From Octopus sinensis (lineage: Eukaryota), in contig NC_042999.1 in assembly GCF_006345805.1 (NCBI RefSeq), positions 85,188,001 to 85,252,000 on the forward strand: a stretch of DNA of 64,000 bases. The letters are read 5' to 3'. Below, piece after piece: positions 11,664 to 23,938 of the stretch. Position 1 is the first letter of the stretch. Every line of letters starts with the position of its first letter. Below the pieces are notes generated by a model. It ran no database searches. It saw only the letters and a program-made list of their open reading frames with translations, and was not told where the DNA came from. The position numbers and the translations under genes are program-made.

Positions 11664-12229
11664 TTGGGTTGTCCGGAAAGTTCGTCCCGATTTATAGTAG
11701 CTTACATTTCGACTTATTTTAGAACATGTTTGAGTCCATAAAATAGGATTTGACTACACCTCCGTTTAGAGCACAGTTTAAGCTATCTTTACGGGGTAGA
11801 TGGTTTATGTTCCTATAGCCTGTGTTCATTCTGTAAACCTTTAAAATGGCAGATAAGAAAGTTCATTTTCGGCACTTGATTCTTTGGGAACCAGACAAAA
11901 ATTGCTGCAGCTCGGCTGGGAAGTGTTACCCCACCCTCCATATTCACCAGATATTGCTCCTTCGGATTTCCACTTATTCAGGTCTGTGCAGAATAGTCTT
12001 AATTGTAAAAATTTCAATTCCTTGGTTGACGTAAAGAGATACATCGATGAATTCTTTGCCATGAAACCACCTCAATTCTGCGAAGAGGGTATTTTCAAGT
12101 TAAAGGAAAGATGGAGGCGCATTGTGCATCAAAATGGTTCATATTTAGTTGATTAAAAATGTAATGACAAGTATTTATTGACCTTTTTCTTTCCTTTAAC
12201 AATCGGCACGAACTTTCCGGACAACCTAA
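11664..12229 (+). mobile_element. Internally deleted mariner element (566 bp) with TIRs and TA target duplication
   Basis: TIRs TTGGGTTGTCCGGAAAGTTCGT / ACGAACTTTCCGGACAACCTAA with TA on both sides. Transposase N-terminus (MADKKVHFRH) is joined to its C-terminus (HPPYSPDIAPSDFHLF...GSYLVD). Confidence 0.92.
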
Positions 12230-12497
12230 TAAATACCTTTATGGGTCTCTGGCATCAAATCTTACAATCCTAATATTTAAATGTTCTACTGATTACAAAT
12301 AGAACGAAATACATAGTTGAAATTGTAATAAAATTATAATTACAAAAATAGTACCAGTCATAATAATTGTGTCGATAATATTCGTAAAGAGGCGTATTAC
12401 AAAAATATAAAACTGTACATATCAAATAGAAAATTTTAAATACATAAATAACAGCCTCACACGTCTTACCTTCTTTTTCAAATTGTCTCTGTTTTAG

Positions 12498-13064
12498 CCT
12501 GTGAAAATGCCGTTGCTGATGTTATGTTCGTGTTGGATGAATCTGGAAGTGTTGGAAGCAATAACTATAAAAAAATGAAGGAGTTTGTAAACCACATAGT
12601 GAAATCCTTTCCAATTGGTCCAAAACATGTTCGTGTCGGAGCTATTAGATTCGCAAAGGTTACAACTCCACAGTTTGCATTGAATAGCTATAATGACAAA
12701 AACTTAGTACTAAAAGGCATTAACAGTATACCCTACAGAGGTGGTAATACTAAAACGCACAAGGCCCTCAATTACCTGAGAACTACCTCATTTACACAAG
12801 CGGCAGGGGATAGAAAAGATGCCCCGAATATTGCTATTATTCTAACAGATGGCAAATCCAACAACCAAAGAGAAACAATTACGGCGGCAAGAAAATTACG
12901 AAACGCGAACGTGATTGTTTTTGCTATCGGAATCGGTAACAATCTTAACGAACTTGAGTTGAAAGAAATTGGTAATTCACCAACAGATAAATACGTGTTT
13001 ACAGTGAAAGACTTTGATGCCTTAAAATCTATAGAAAGTGAATTAATAAAAAAAACTTGTGAGG
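12498..13064 (+). CDS. VWA (von Willebrand A) domain exon with intact MIDAS
   Basis: TTTTAG acceptor, G|GTATGT donor, 567 nt, phase 1-1. Reads CENAVADVMFVLDESGSVG (DxSxS)...GGNTKT...ILTDGKS...KKTCE. Confidence 0.95.
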
Positions 13065-14414
13065 GTATGTATGAAATTATTTATCACTAAATTGCTGTTC
13101 ATCAACTGAAATATTCTGCTATTAGTATTTTAGCAGATTTATAGCAGTGTTATATTGTGTTGTATGAAAAACTCTTAAATATCGTCTATCTGAAACGTTT
13201 TATTGTTAGGGAATTATAACTACATGGAAAAATGCGAGCATGAAAAGTAATATTCTTAAGATTATAAACCTGCAAAAGTACAGGACAACTTATTACACCT
13301 GGAAAAGTATAGGACATGTTAAAATATTGCAGCAAAGAATTTATCACTCTTTACAGTTCTCATCTTTAAAATTTACTGTACAAAACTGTTCAACTAATTT
13401 GTAATTTGTCTAATTAGTCACTTTCTTCTGTATTTAAGGTAATAAATTAGCCAAATTCTACTTAAATAAGTATAGTGTTATTTGTAATATTAATATTCAA
13501 ATTTTAATTTTAGCTGCAATATTCTAAGTAAAATGTTTCTTATTCTTTACTTTACTAGAAAGAATGGCATGTCCTATGCTTGTCCAGGTGTAATAACTTG
13601 TCCTGTAATTTACCATGTTATAATCTTAAGAATATTACTTTTCATGCTCGCATTTTTCCATGTAATCCATGATTTTTCCAGACATTGCTATTATAAGATC
13701 ATTAATGTGTCAATAACTTAAGATTTTACCTTATAAATTACTGAAAGATAATATTTCAGTTTTTCCATGTAAGTGATGATAATATTTCAATTTTTTTTCA
13801 TGTTTAATTTAGATATATGTGGTAGTTGAATTATTTTAGTATTACCCATCCACACCAAAGTAATGACAGGATTTTACCATTTGTTTGTTGCACCATGTCT
13901 CGCCTAAAGTTACAAACAACAAGACCACAAAACCATCAGTTACCACACTCACATTATCCTAGATTTTGAGTTGGTTATAATAGCACTGACTGCTGCTAAT
14001 TTAGATCTATCAATAATTATTCAATACAACAGTATTTATAAAAGTATATCAGATATACACAAGTTAAAATTACCTATATCCCATTAATATAAATTTCATT
14101 TATGAAAAATCCCTTTTAAATCATTTTGAAATTTAAAAAGTAAATTTAAAAAGTAAATTCAGAATATAAGCACTTTTAACCAACGCCTTTTCTGGACAGA
14201 CTTACTACATGCCTTCAAGTCTGCCCATAGAGACACAGCCAAAAATGATTATATATCTGAAGCATATAACGCTTTAATGAACTAGCCTGATTAAATAATT
14301 AACTAAAAAGAAGTTAATTAAAGCTGAAAAAGAAAATTTAAATTAAAAGTTAAACTTACCCTAATTCAACAGAATATTAAAAATAACTTTATTAAATATT
14401 TAATTAAAATTAAA

Positions 14415-14514
14415 ATATACGGAAGGAAAAGTCGACTCAGAACGTAAAGATAAAACGAAATACGGCTGAGCATTTCGACCGGTTTGCTAATGTTTCGGAT
14501 TGCTCGCCACCGTA
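14415..14514 (-). mobile_element. Degenerate 5' part of SINE family 1
   Basis: AAAGTCGACTCAGAACGTAAAGA...GAGCATTTCGACCGG...CTCGCCACC matches the family head. Confidence 0.55.
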
Positions 14515-15269
14515 GAATATAAGCATTCATTTTAGAAATATATTCTTAAAATGAATTAAAAATGTAATTCTAGTATTAAAGAATAATTTCACAATGAAAA
14601 TATCATTTTAGAAATTTTAAGAACGTACTATAGCAATAAGCTTAGTAAGAAAAGAGAGAGAATGAGAAGTGAAGAATAAGAACAATTATAACAAACAACG
14701 GATTAATTTAAATACATCTCCCTTACTTACTTATTTTACATTTCATGACTGTTTACCTCAACTTTGTTTCTACTAATTTTTGTTGAATGCGACTAACGAT
14801 TCTGAATTCCTCATGCAATTTTATATCGTTTACGCCCAAGAAAAGTATACTGTTATTTTAAAATTAAAACAAATATGCTAATTGAAAATGAACACCTGCC
14901 TTACTGCCCACCATTAGGCCTCACATATTTTGATGTAACTTTTTTTCTACTGAAACAAATCTCAAACTATTTATGCCTAAGTGTAGCTGAGGAGGTGCCC
15001 TCCTGAAAATTATTAACAGTTTGCAATTTAGTTGAGAACTGAATTAGTGGTGAAGCTTGGAAGCTGCTGCATTTGACGAAATGGTGAACTTAAGAATATA
15101 TTCAACCACTACCGTGGTTGAATGATGGTACAAACACATAAAATATATAATTTCTATCCAGAAATATCTTTAAACTCAGTTTAGAAGTGATGTGTGTTCA
15201 TTGTGGCCAGACAGTGATACTCTCCTTTTAAGCATGAAATCAAATAAATATTCCTTTCTATTAATAAAC

Positions 15270-15462
15270 ATGCCTGAAATTTCGGGGGAGGGGGCCAGTC
15301 GATAAGATCGACCCCACGACGCAATTGGTACTTAATTTATAGACCCTGAAAGAACAAAAGACAAATTCTACCTCGGCGGAATTTGTACTCAGAACGTAGC
15401 GACGGGCGAAATACCGCCAAGCATTTCGTCCAGCGTTCTAGTAATTCTGCCAGCTCACCGCC
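15270..15462 (-). mobile_element. tRNA-derived SINE family 1
   Basis: Core and head (GGCGGTGAGCTGGCAGAA on minus strand) as at 63411-63633. Confidence 0.8.
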
Positions 15463-15483
15463 AGCAATAAATATTTATTTCTT

Positions 15484-15704
15484 TATTGCCCACAGGAAGG
15501 CTAAACATAGAGGCTCTAACAAGGTAAGACAAAGAGATTAAGTCGATGAAATTGACCCCAGTGCGTAACTGATACTTATTTAATCGACCGCGAAAGAATG
15601 AAAGGCAAAGCGACCTCGGCGGAATTTGAACCCGGATCGTAGCGATGGGCGAAATACCGCCAAGCATTTCGCCCAGCGTGCGAAAGACTCTGCCAGCTCA
15701 CCGC
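15484..15704 (-). mobile_element. tRNA-derived SINE family 1 (second, adjacent copy)
   Basis: A-box-like TGGCAGAG and B-box GGGTTCAAATTCC on the minus strand; same core and 3' tail as 63411-63633. Confidence 0.8.
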
Positions 15705-15739
15705 TTTCAATAAATATTCGTTTCTACTCTAGACATAAG

Positions 15740-15779
15740 CCCCCTCCTCCTCCTCCTCCTCTCATCCTACTACTACTAT

Positions 15780-15811
<32 letters not shown>

Positions 15812-15835
15812 ATGCTACTACCACAACTGTTGTCG
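15740..15835 (+). CDS. Candidate Ser/Thr-rich linker exon (xPSSSSSSHPTTTITTTTTTTTTTNATTTTVV)
   Basis: 96 nt, phase 1-1 if the AAG acceptor at 15737-15739 is used; strong G|GTAAGA donor at 15836. A competing TAG acceptor 7 nt upstream is out of frame. Confidence 0.35.
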
Positions 15836-15966
15836 GTAAGACATTCATTTATCCATTTTAACGCATTCATGTCAGGGATTCCAATGAATCATTAGAATTG
15901 TAGAAATTTTCACTTCGAGAAATCATACTGGAAATATTGTTTGAATTTTGAAATATTGACTTCTAG

Positions 15967-16077
15967 CTGACCCATGTGACGCGAAACCATGCAAGAATAG
16001 TGGAGTGTGCAAAAGTAAAGGCAATTCGTACACGTGTACATGCAAAACTGGATATTCTGGAGAAAATTGTGATAAAG
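15967..16077 (+). CDS. EGF-like exon 1 (xDPCDAKPCKNSGVCKSKGNSYTCTCKTGYSGENCDK)
   Basis: TTCTAG acceptor, G|GTAAG donor, 111 nt, six cysteines in EGF spacing. Confidence 0.93.
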
Positions 16078-16300
16078 GTAAGAAATTATTATAAACTTTT
16101 GGATTAATATGTATTTCATTTACATACGAAATACCAGATCTTTCTCAAACATGATATTTGTTTCTCCAGCGACAAGATTCAGCAATTGTACATTTATAAG
16201 TGCGTAAGACGCCACAGAAATATGTTACATATATTTATGTATGTGTATATATATATTTTTATATATATATATATATATATTATATATTATATATATATAT

Positions 16301-16336
<36 letters not shown>

Positions 16337-16451
16337 GTGTGTGTGTGTAATATTGTCTCTAATTTAATATTTATATTTATACTGTAAAATCAGATTTAAT
16401 CCTAAATCTAATTTTCCCTGTAAGTTTGGATTTACTCCCTAATATTACTAT

Positions 16452-16503
<52 letters not shown>

Positions 16504-16505
16504 AT

Positions 16506-16540
<35 letters not shown>

Positions 16541-16979
16541 ATATATGTGTGAGTGTGTGTGAATGAGTGTGTGTGTATGGATATATATTTATATATATGC
16601 ATACATACAGACAGTTCGACACACACACACACTTAATTTGTTTCTGGTGTTCGCTGAATTCTCCCCTAGAGAACATTCTTTGTAGTTTGATCGTTGATGA
16701 TCTATTTCTAGCATGCGGCCGACTACCTAGCGGTTTGCCCTGTCAATATACACATGTATTAGAATTTTCTCTGATTTTTCAGATTTTTGTATGCTAGACT
16801 ACTGGTTTTAAATTAATATTAATTTATCTCCCTCATTATTTAAATATATATATATATCTCCTTAAATCCTTAATCCTTAAAAATATTTCAACCCGAAGGC
16901 TGCGGCCATGCTGGGGCACCACCGTTGAATGTGCTACACTAGTATGTGAAACCACCTCTGATATGTGGCACCGGTGCCG

Positions 16980-19541
16980 CTGCCCGCATCTGTGTTTCCT
17001 GCTGAGAGGTAGGTTCATCTGGGACCCTTGACAAGAAGAGATCCAGTTTAGTTTTAAAGAAACCCACATCCAAACCATGCAGGTCTCTCAGGTATTTAGG
17101 AAGGATATTGAAGAGCCGTGGTCCTCTGAAACCCAAGCTGTTGCAGTATCTGGTCCTGTATTTTGATGGTGATGTTGGGATCTTTTGCACCATGCAGTGG
17201 CGCCTCGTTCTGCGGTTGGGGTAACTTTGAATGCCAAAGTTTGGGACAAGACCCTCTAGGATTTTCCAGATGTATATCACTGCATATCTCTCCCGCCTTC
17301 GCTCCAAGGAGAAGAGTTTTAATACTTTCAGTCTTTCCCAGTAGCTGATATGTTGCATTGAGACGATCTTCTTAGTGTAGCTTCGTTGAATTGCTTCGAG
17401 TTCTGCTGTTAAATTTATATTGTGTGGTGACCATAGTTGGGAGCAGTACTCCAAGTGGCTGAGGATGGATGTCTTCCAAAGGACCATCAGTGTCTTCTTC
17501 TCTCTTGTTCTGAAAGTTCGGAGAATCCATCCAGCTAGCCGTCTGCGTTTTATTATCAAATTAGTAATATGCACTTGGAAAGATGCATCATTGCTCATGT
17601 CAATGCCCAGGTCACGCACTGATTTTGACGCAGGAATAACAATTCTTCCTGGGCCAGTGTATCCGATCTGCAAGTCGTTTACCTTTGTGTGCCGGTAGAG
17701 CAGGGTCTGGAACTTCCCTGCATTAAACTGCATGTTGTTGTCCTCAGCCTACACGTATATTGTATCCAACTGCCGTTGCAGATGTGCAATATTTCCAGGG
17801 TTTTGTATTGTGAGGGAGACTTTTGTGCATTCTGCATAGCTAACAAGGGTGGCCATCTTAGCAACTGAGGGCATGTCTGAAAGGGCCACTATGAACAGCA
17901 GTGGCCCCAAGAGAGTGCGCTTTGGAACACCGCTTGTTATTTGTGTTTCCTTGGAGGTGGCTCCATTGGCCACAACTGCCTGCCTTCTATCTTTTAGGAA
18001 GTTCTGCAGCCACTCTCCAAGTTTTCCGCCTATGCCGAGACCATACAGTTTGGGACTGATCATACCATGGTCGACTTAATCAAAGGCTTTTGCAAAGTCG
18101 AGATATATCACATCTACAGTTGAGCCATTTAGTAGCTGTTTTAACACCCAGTCATAGAGTTGCAGGAGCTGTGTTAGGCAGCTTCTACCTGGTCGAAGTC
18201 CATGCTGGATGTCAGTCAGCAAGTCATTTTCTTCAAGGAGCATGATTAGTTTCTTACGGATTATTCGTTCCATGACTTTGCAGATGTGTGAGGTCGGAAA
18301 GATAGGCCTATAATTTTTAGCATCTGCTCTGCTTCCTCCCTTATGGATAGGCATATTACCCCCTCTTTCAATTTGACTGAAAAAGAAGCTGTAGCGGTTT
18401 TGGAAGGGCTCGTTTGCATGATTTGAGAAGGATCGCTGGAAATCCATCAGGTCCAGCAGTTGAGTTTGTGTCAATCTCATCTATGGCCAGTGTGATATCA
18501 TCATCTTCAATGTTGATGTACTCAATTTTTGCCTCTTTGGCCACAGGTAAAGTGGCAAAGAATTCTTCTGGTTTGTTTACTTGCCTGTGCCCTAGAGCTG
18601 TAGTGAACACACTTTGGAACTGATCGATCAGTATTTCACTTATCCTCGTGGGATTTCCTGTGAGAGAGCCATCTTTTTGGAAGAGAGGTCCCATTCTCTG
18701 GCGCACTGCGGCTGTCTCTTTGGCAAACTTAAAGAAAGATTTAGGGTTTGACTTGATATTTTCTATTACCCAAGCTTCTTTATCTGCTCTCTCCTTTTCA
18801 TGAGACTGATGCAGACTTTTCTCAATTTCCATTAGCATTCTCTCCAGGTGAGGCTTCTCACCACTTTTGCTGTGCTTGCTCAGGCGGTTCGCAATCCTTG
18901 TCCATCCTCTCATAAGAATCTTCCTTTCTCTAGGGATCCTGTTTTTGTGTGTGCTGGCCCTGCACCCCGGGACATATTTGTCACATATGGTTTGTATTAT
19001 GGACATGAAACGTTTGTGTTTCATGTCAATGTCTGTTTGAGGATCTCTTCATCCCTGGGAGCATCTGTCCCCCGGGCCATTCCACATTGGGGAAGTTAAA
19101 GTCACCCATGAAGAATACACTGTTGTGTTGTTCCAGTTTGGTGAGAACTTCTATTTTTGTAAGGCAGTCTTCAAACATCCCTGTGTGATTTGGGGCATCC
19201 GCTGGGCGATATGTAGTACATATGACGATATTCAATTGTCTTATGTGTACAATTTGAGTGTAACACACTGAGTTTGAATATGACAACAGGACCTGGAGCG
19301 TGAGGTCATCTCGTATGTACACTGCAACTCCACCATATCTCCTCCCTTTTCTATCTGAGCGTAGGGTAACATATTGCGGTTTGTTTATTTCTGCGTCCCC
19401 TATATCAGGTCCAAGATGCGTTTCTATGAGTGCCATGCATATAGCTTGATTGCATTCCGCAAGGTCTTTCAGGAATGAGATTTTCCTTTTACAGTTGCCG
19501 CACAGCCCTCCTACGTTCAGTAGAAATATTTTTTGGCGCAT
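16980..19541 (-). mobile_element. CR1-group LINE ORF2 (APE endonuclease and RT), frameshifted
   Basis: ALIETHL, GGVAVYI and MGDFNFPNVEW (APE); GPDGFPAILLK, PIHKGG...NYRPI, YLDFAKAFD, SGVP...LGPLLF (RT); LFSLERRRER C-terminus. Confidence 0.9.
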
Positions 19542-19859
19542 CGTAAAAGTTCATACATACGTTTACATACGCGCGTATGTAGACGTATGTATGGACTTTT
19601 ACTTTGCGTGTGTGTGTGCGTGTGTGTGTGTGGGGGGGTTGTATACATATATATGCATATACATTTGGCGAAAGATGCGAGTGAAGATGTGTACGTTTTC
19701 ATAGTGATGTATGCGTACGCAAGTGCGTACGTATGAACAGGCGGTCTTAGGCGTTTACTATGAACTTTTAACCTTATCTTAATTAGCGATCATTCGAATT
19801 AGCGCTTTTGTATAAATAGCGGTCTATAACACAGTAATTTCCCTTTGTATAACGGTCTT

Positions 19860-19978
19860 TTTTCATAGCATTTTTCAGATGGCCGGATAAATGAAGAGAT
19901 GGTGGTGTGGATTTCCACCTCGGCATCCGAAACTCAGAGTTTTATCTTGGCTACCGATAATTGTCACATTATATTAAC

Positions 19979-19980
<2 letters not shown>
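19860..19980 (+). mobile_element. Single arm of the hammerhead-bearing palindromic family at 42200-42452
   Basis: Aligns to 42331-42452; core reads ATGAAGA...GAAACTCAGAGTTTTATC (C3 changed to A); ends in (TA)n. Confidence 0.75.
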
Positions 19981-20042
<62 letters not shown>

Positions 20043-20241
20043 ACACACGATCATACATGCCCTGACACATACATACATACGTACATGCATATATATATAT
20101 ATATATACATACACATACGCAAAGATATATGTGTGTGAGTGTGTGTGTGTGTGTATAGTTAATCCCAAAAGAGAACAAACATGACTCACATGTGGTTGCA
20201 CTTACACATCCCTATCCATCCATCCATCCATCCATCCAACC

Positions 20242-20321
<80 letters not shown>

Positions 20322-20465
20322 CTCTCTCTCTATATATATATACATATATATATATATATCCACATACGATCATACATACACAGATACATATACACATACA
20401 TATATAAATACATACACATAAACAAAGATATATATGTATATAGACATATATTATCGTATCTCTCT

Positions 20466-20535
<70 letters not shown>

Positions 20536-20554
20536 ATATATGTATGTATTTATG

Positions 20555-20680
20555 CATGAGGAGACCCCACATGAATGAACATGGGATTGCACCTAGAAAG
20601 TTACCCTCCGAGGCACAAGTCCGGGCAAGGTTGTTTCTGGAAGGCCAGCAATCGCCCATGCACACCGGCCTCTCATCCCC
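20555..20680 (-). mobile_element. 3' fragment of a SINE related to family 2
   Basis: GGGATTGCACCTAGAAAGTTACCCTCCGAGGCACAAGTCCG matches the GATTGTACCTAGAAAGCTCCCCTCCAAGGCAC segment of family 2. Confidence 0.6.
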
Positions 20681-20812
20681 AGAGGAGAAAGTAAAAACAG
20701 CTGATAGAATATACGTATGCACCCCCTCCGAACATGTGCATAAATGTATATGCTCACTCACACTCGCGTAAAGCACATACGTGCACACTCAAAGACATAC
20801 CTATATGTATAC

Positions 20813-21187
20813 ACTAGCAGTATCGCCCGGCGTTGCTCAGGTTTGTAAGGGAAATAACTATAAAGCATTTTTAGAGAGTTATAGCCAAAAAATAGCAAAA
20901 AAATGGAAAAAAAATGATGTTTGTTAATTTTTTGAGGGTTAAAAAAGGTGGAGTTGCGTCCCCTAGACGGTCTGTGGTTTGGGTTTCTGATTCTCGACCC
21001 CATGTCAATTTATCGATTTTTTCAGAACTGGGGGAACTTTTCAAAATATCGCTGCGTTAGTTTTGAATATGACTTGGGCTATGTGTGTGTCAAGTTTCAT
21101 CAGAATCGGTTGAAAGCCGTGGTCAGAGTGAGGGTACGAGAAAACAGACACAAGAAACGCACGACAAACTGCCGTTTATTATAGAGG
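20813..21187 (+). mobile_element. Non-autonomous Helitron/Helentron-like (DINE-1-type) insertion
   Basis: Begins ACTAGCAGTATCGCCCGGCGTTGC; absent at the homologous site of tandem units B and C. Classification is from terminal resemblance only. Confidence 0.5.
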
Positions 21188-21226
21188 ATATATATAAACC
21201 ATATACGGTACACGTATATATAACCG

Positions 21227-21259
<33 letters not shown>

Positions 21260-21363
21260 CACACACACACACCCATACGCGCACAGTTATGTTCATATAC
21301 ACGTCTATTACGCACATGCACGAAAAATGCAGAGTGAAAGGTAATATAGAGAAAATATGTAAA

Positions 21364-21686
21364 GTAGCCCCTTCGGTCATGAATTACCGTGATTGTACCT
21401 AGAAAGCTCCCCTCCAAGGCACAGTCCGAGAGAGTATGTATGTAGGAACAGAATTCGGCCATGCATACAGCCTCCCATCTCCATGCCAGCGAGGTTATCG
21501 AGGGAAAGGCAAAGGCCGTTACAACTTGGCACCAGTGATGTCGTAACTCCTATCTACAGCTGAATGAACTGGAGCAACATGAAATAAAGCGCGTTGCTTA
21601 AGATCACAACATACAGCACGGTCTGACAATCGAATTCACTGACTCATGATTGTGATCCCGACGCTCTAACCACTGAGCTATGCGCC
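21364..21686 (-). mobile_element. tRNA-derived CORE-like SINE family 2 (unit A)
   Basis: Minus-strand head GGCGCATAGCTCAGTGGTTAGAGC...GAATTCGATT, then a CORE-like TGTTGTGATCTTAAGCAACGCGCTTTATTTCATGTTGCTCCAGTTCATTCAGCTGTAG. Confidence 0.8.
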
Positions 21687-22199
21687 CTCCCCACGCTGGA
21701 ATATCGATGCGTATCCCCAACACCTTGCTATTCCTTCTCTTTCTCTCCCTCTCTTTCCACCTTCCGCTCGATATGCTACGCTTTCGTAAAACACACGACT
21801 TCCATGATTTCTATTTAACACCCCAAATATGCGTAAACTCGTGTCTGTCATTTGAAACTCTGTGATAGCCCTGTCTTTGATCCAGTTCCTTGATATATCT
21901 ATAGATATGTAGATTTCTTTATGTTTGCTAAAACATTGCGATCTTCATAGATTTCTCTATCTTAGCTAGCTGAGATATTTACAGAGAATTTCTATTGTTT
22001 CGCTAAACATTACCTTAGCTATGCACAGTCCAACCTGTCCCCGCAGTTCTACACGCTTACATTTTCATATTAAGGGCCAAACCAACACCACCAGCAATAT
22101 GTTTACAAATGTACGTAACTATTCGTACATTGATCTGTTAACTACTCGCTTTATCTATATCTCTGCTTATTTCAGTGTTTTCGGAAGAATATTTCAATG

Positions 22200-22261
<62 letters not shown>

Positions 22262-22693
22262 ACGCTGCTACCACCACCAAAACCACCACCACCACCGACA
22301 CCACCACCACTACTACTGCTACTACGACGACTACCGCCACCGCTGCCACCAACTCCACCACCACCACTACTACTACTACTACTACCACTACTACGACTAC
22401 TACTACGACGACGACTACCGCCACCGCCACCGCTGCCACCAACACCACCACCACCATCACCACCACCACTAGTACTACTACTACTACTACTACTACGACT
22501 ACTACTACGACGACGACTACCGCCACCGCTGCCACCACTCCCAGCCCACCACCACCACCACCACCACCACCACCACTACTACTACTACTACGACGACGAC
22601 GACAACTACCTCCACCGCTGCCAACAACACCACCACCACCACCACCACCACCACCACCACCAATACCACCACCACCACCACCACCACCACAAA

Positions 22694-22728
<35 letters not shown>

Positions 22729-22932
22729 GACTACTACTACGAGGAGGACTACCGCCACCGCTGCCACCACTCCCACCCCACCACCACCACCACCACCACT
22801 ACTACTACTACTACGACGACGACGACAACTACCGCCACCGCTGCCACCACCACCACCACCACCACCACCAATACCACCACCACCACCACCACCACCACCA
22901 CCACCACTACTACTACTAATACTACTACTACG
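22200..22932 (+). repeat. Compound (ACT/ACC/ACG)n trinucleotide tract, unit A; paralogues at 25357-26218 and 28663-29188
   Basis: Direct reading; recurring sub-motif GCCACCGCTGCCACC. Confidence 0.95.
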
Positions 22933-23085
22933 CTACATGTATTTTCAGAATATTTTGTCGATAAGACTTTATTTTCTATTCCAACGTATTCGTCGACTTC
23001 CGTAACTCTCTAGAATTGTAGACATTTTCACTTTTGATCAGTCATACTTGAAATATTGTTTTATTTTTGATATATTGTCTTCTAG

Positions 23086-23196
23086 TTGATCCGTGTGCCG
23101 CAAGCCCATGCAAGAATGGAGGAGTGTGCGAAAGTAATGGCAATTCGTACAAGTGTACATGCAAGGCTGGATATTCTGGGACAAATTGTGATACAG
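23086..23196 (+). CDS. EGF-like exon 2 ([37 protein letters not shown])
   Basis: TCTAG acceptor, CAG|GTAAG donor, 111 nt, phase 1-1. Confidence 0.93.
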
Positions 23197-23269
23197 GTAA
23201 GAATTTATTACAAACTTACGAATAAATATGTATTTCCTTGATCTATAAAATAGTAGATACTTCTTAAAT

Positions 23270-23828
23270 GATTCTGCTATTGTTAAAGCGGTTACCATTT
23301 TAAAACGCAACCACTTAAACAATAGCAGAATCACCATTCCACTACATCTATAAATTCAAAGAAGTGAATCATCATCCCACTACCACTGCACATTCAAGGA
23401 AGTTTGACAACGGTCATTAAGTAACAAAACACTTTGATAAACTCAGTGGTGACGACATACAGAGAGGATGCTCTTGAAGCCGAGAATTTGAACTTACGGA
23501 GACAATATTTACATATCGCCTGAGGAAACATAGCTAGTTCTCATAATGCAGGGAAACGGTTGCGTAATGAAGTAGCTTCACGCCTGGAGGACTACGCTGT
23601 GTACAAACCAATTGTAGTGATTGAAAACAAATGTCCGCCATGATTGATCGCTAAATCCACAAGTTTTTATATTCTTTCTCTACTTAATTCTACTTAAATC
23701 TTTCTGCTGAAAAGCCTTGGTTCGAAACATAAAAGACTTTCTCACTTTCCCGAGCGTGAAACTAATACATCTGCTTGGTGTTCATACACCAGTCTTCGTC
23801 TTTTGTTTTTCAATAAATTTCAACTATA
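23270..23828 (+). mobile_element. Non-coding intronic element with a 5' inverted segment and a degenerate hammerhead-like motif; copies at ~26551-27112, ~29524-30085, ~53790-54365 and partial 4446-4855
   Basis: 5' fold-back GATTCTGCTATTGTT..AACAATAGCAGAATC; CGC-CTGAGGA...GAAACGGTT-GCG; ends AATAAATTTCAAC followed by (TA)n. Confidence 0.55.
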
Positions 23829-23849
23829 TATAAATATATACATATATAT

Positions 23850-23938
<89 letters not shown>

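Noticed and set aside
13065-13090. C-terminal 'GMYEIIYH*' of ORF 12524-13090 as a protein end
   Set aside because: Read-through past the GTATGT donor; the phase-1 exon chain continues.
13905-13975. Thr-rich stretch (VTNNKTTKPSVTTLT) as a linker exon
   Set aside because: In-frame stop follows and there is no credible donor.
21620-21690. tRNA-like sequence (also ~24780, ~28085, 63540-63633)
   Set aside because: SINE heads with a degraded T-arm and acceptor stem, followed by SINE bodies; not tRNA genes.
23038-23337. Repeated ~99-aa minus-strand ORF (also 26324, 29295, 53559)
   Set aside because: Antisense to the EGF exon and intron; recurs only because the unit is duplicated.
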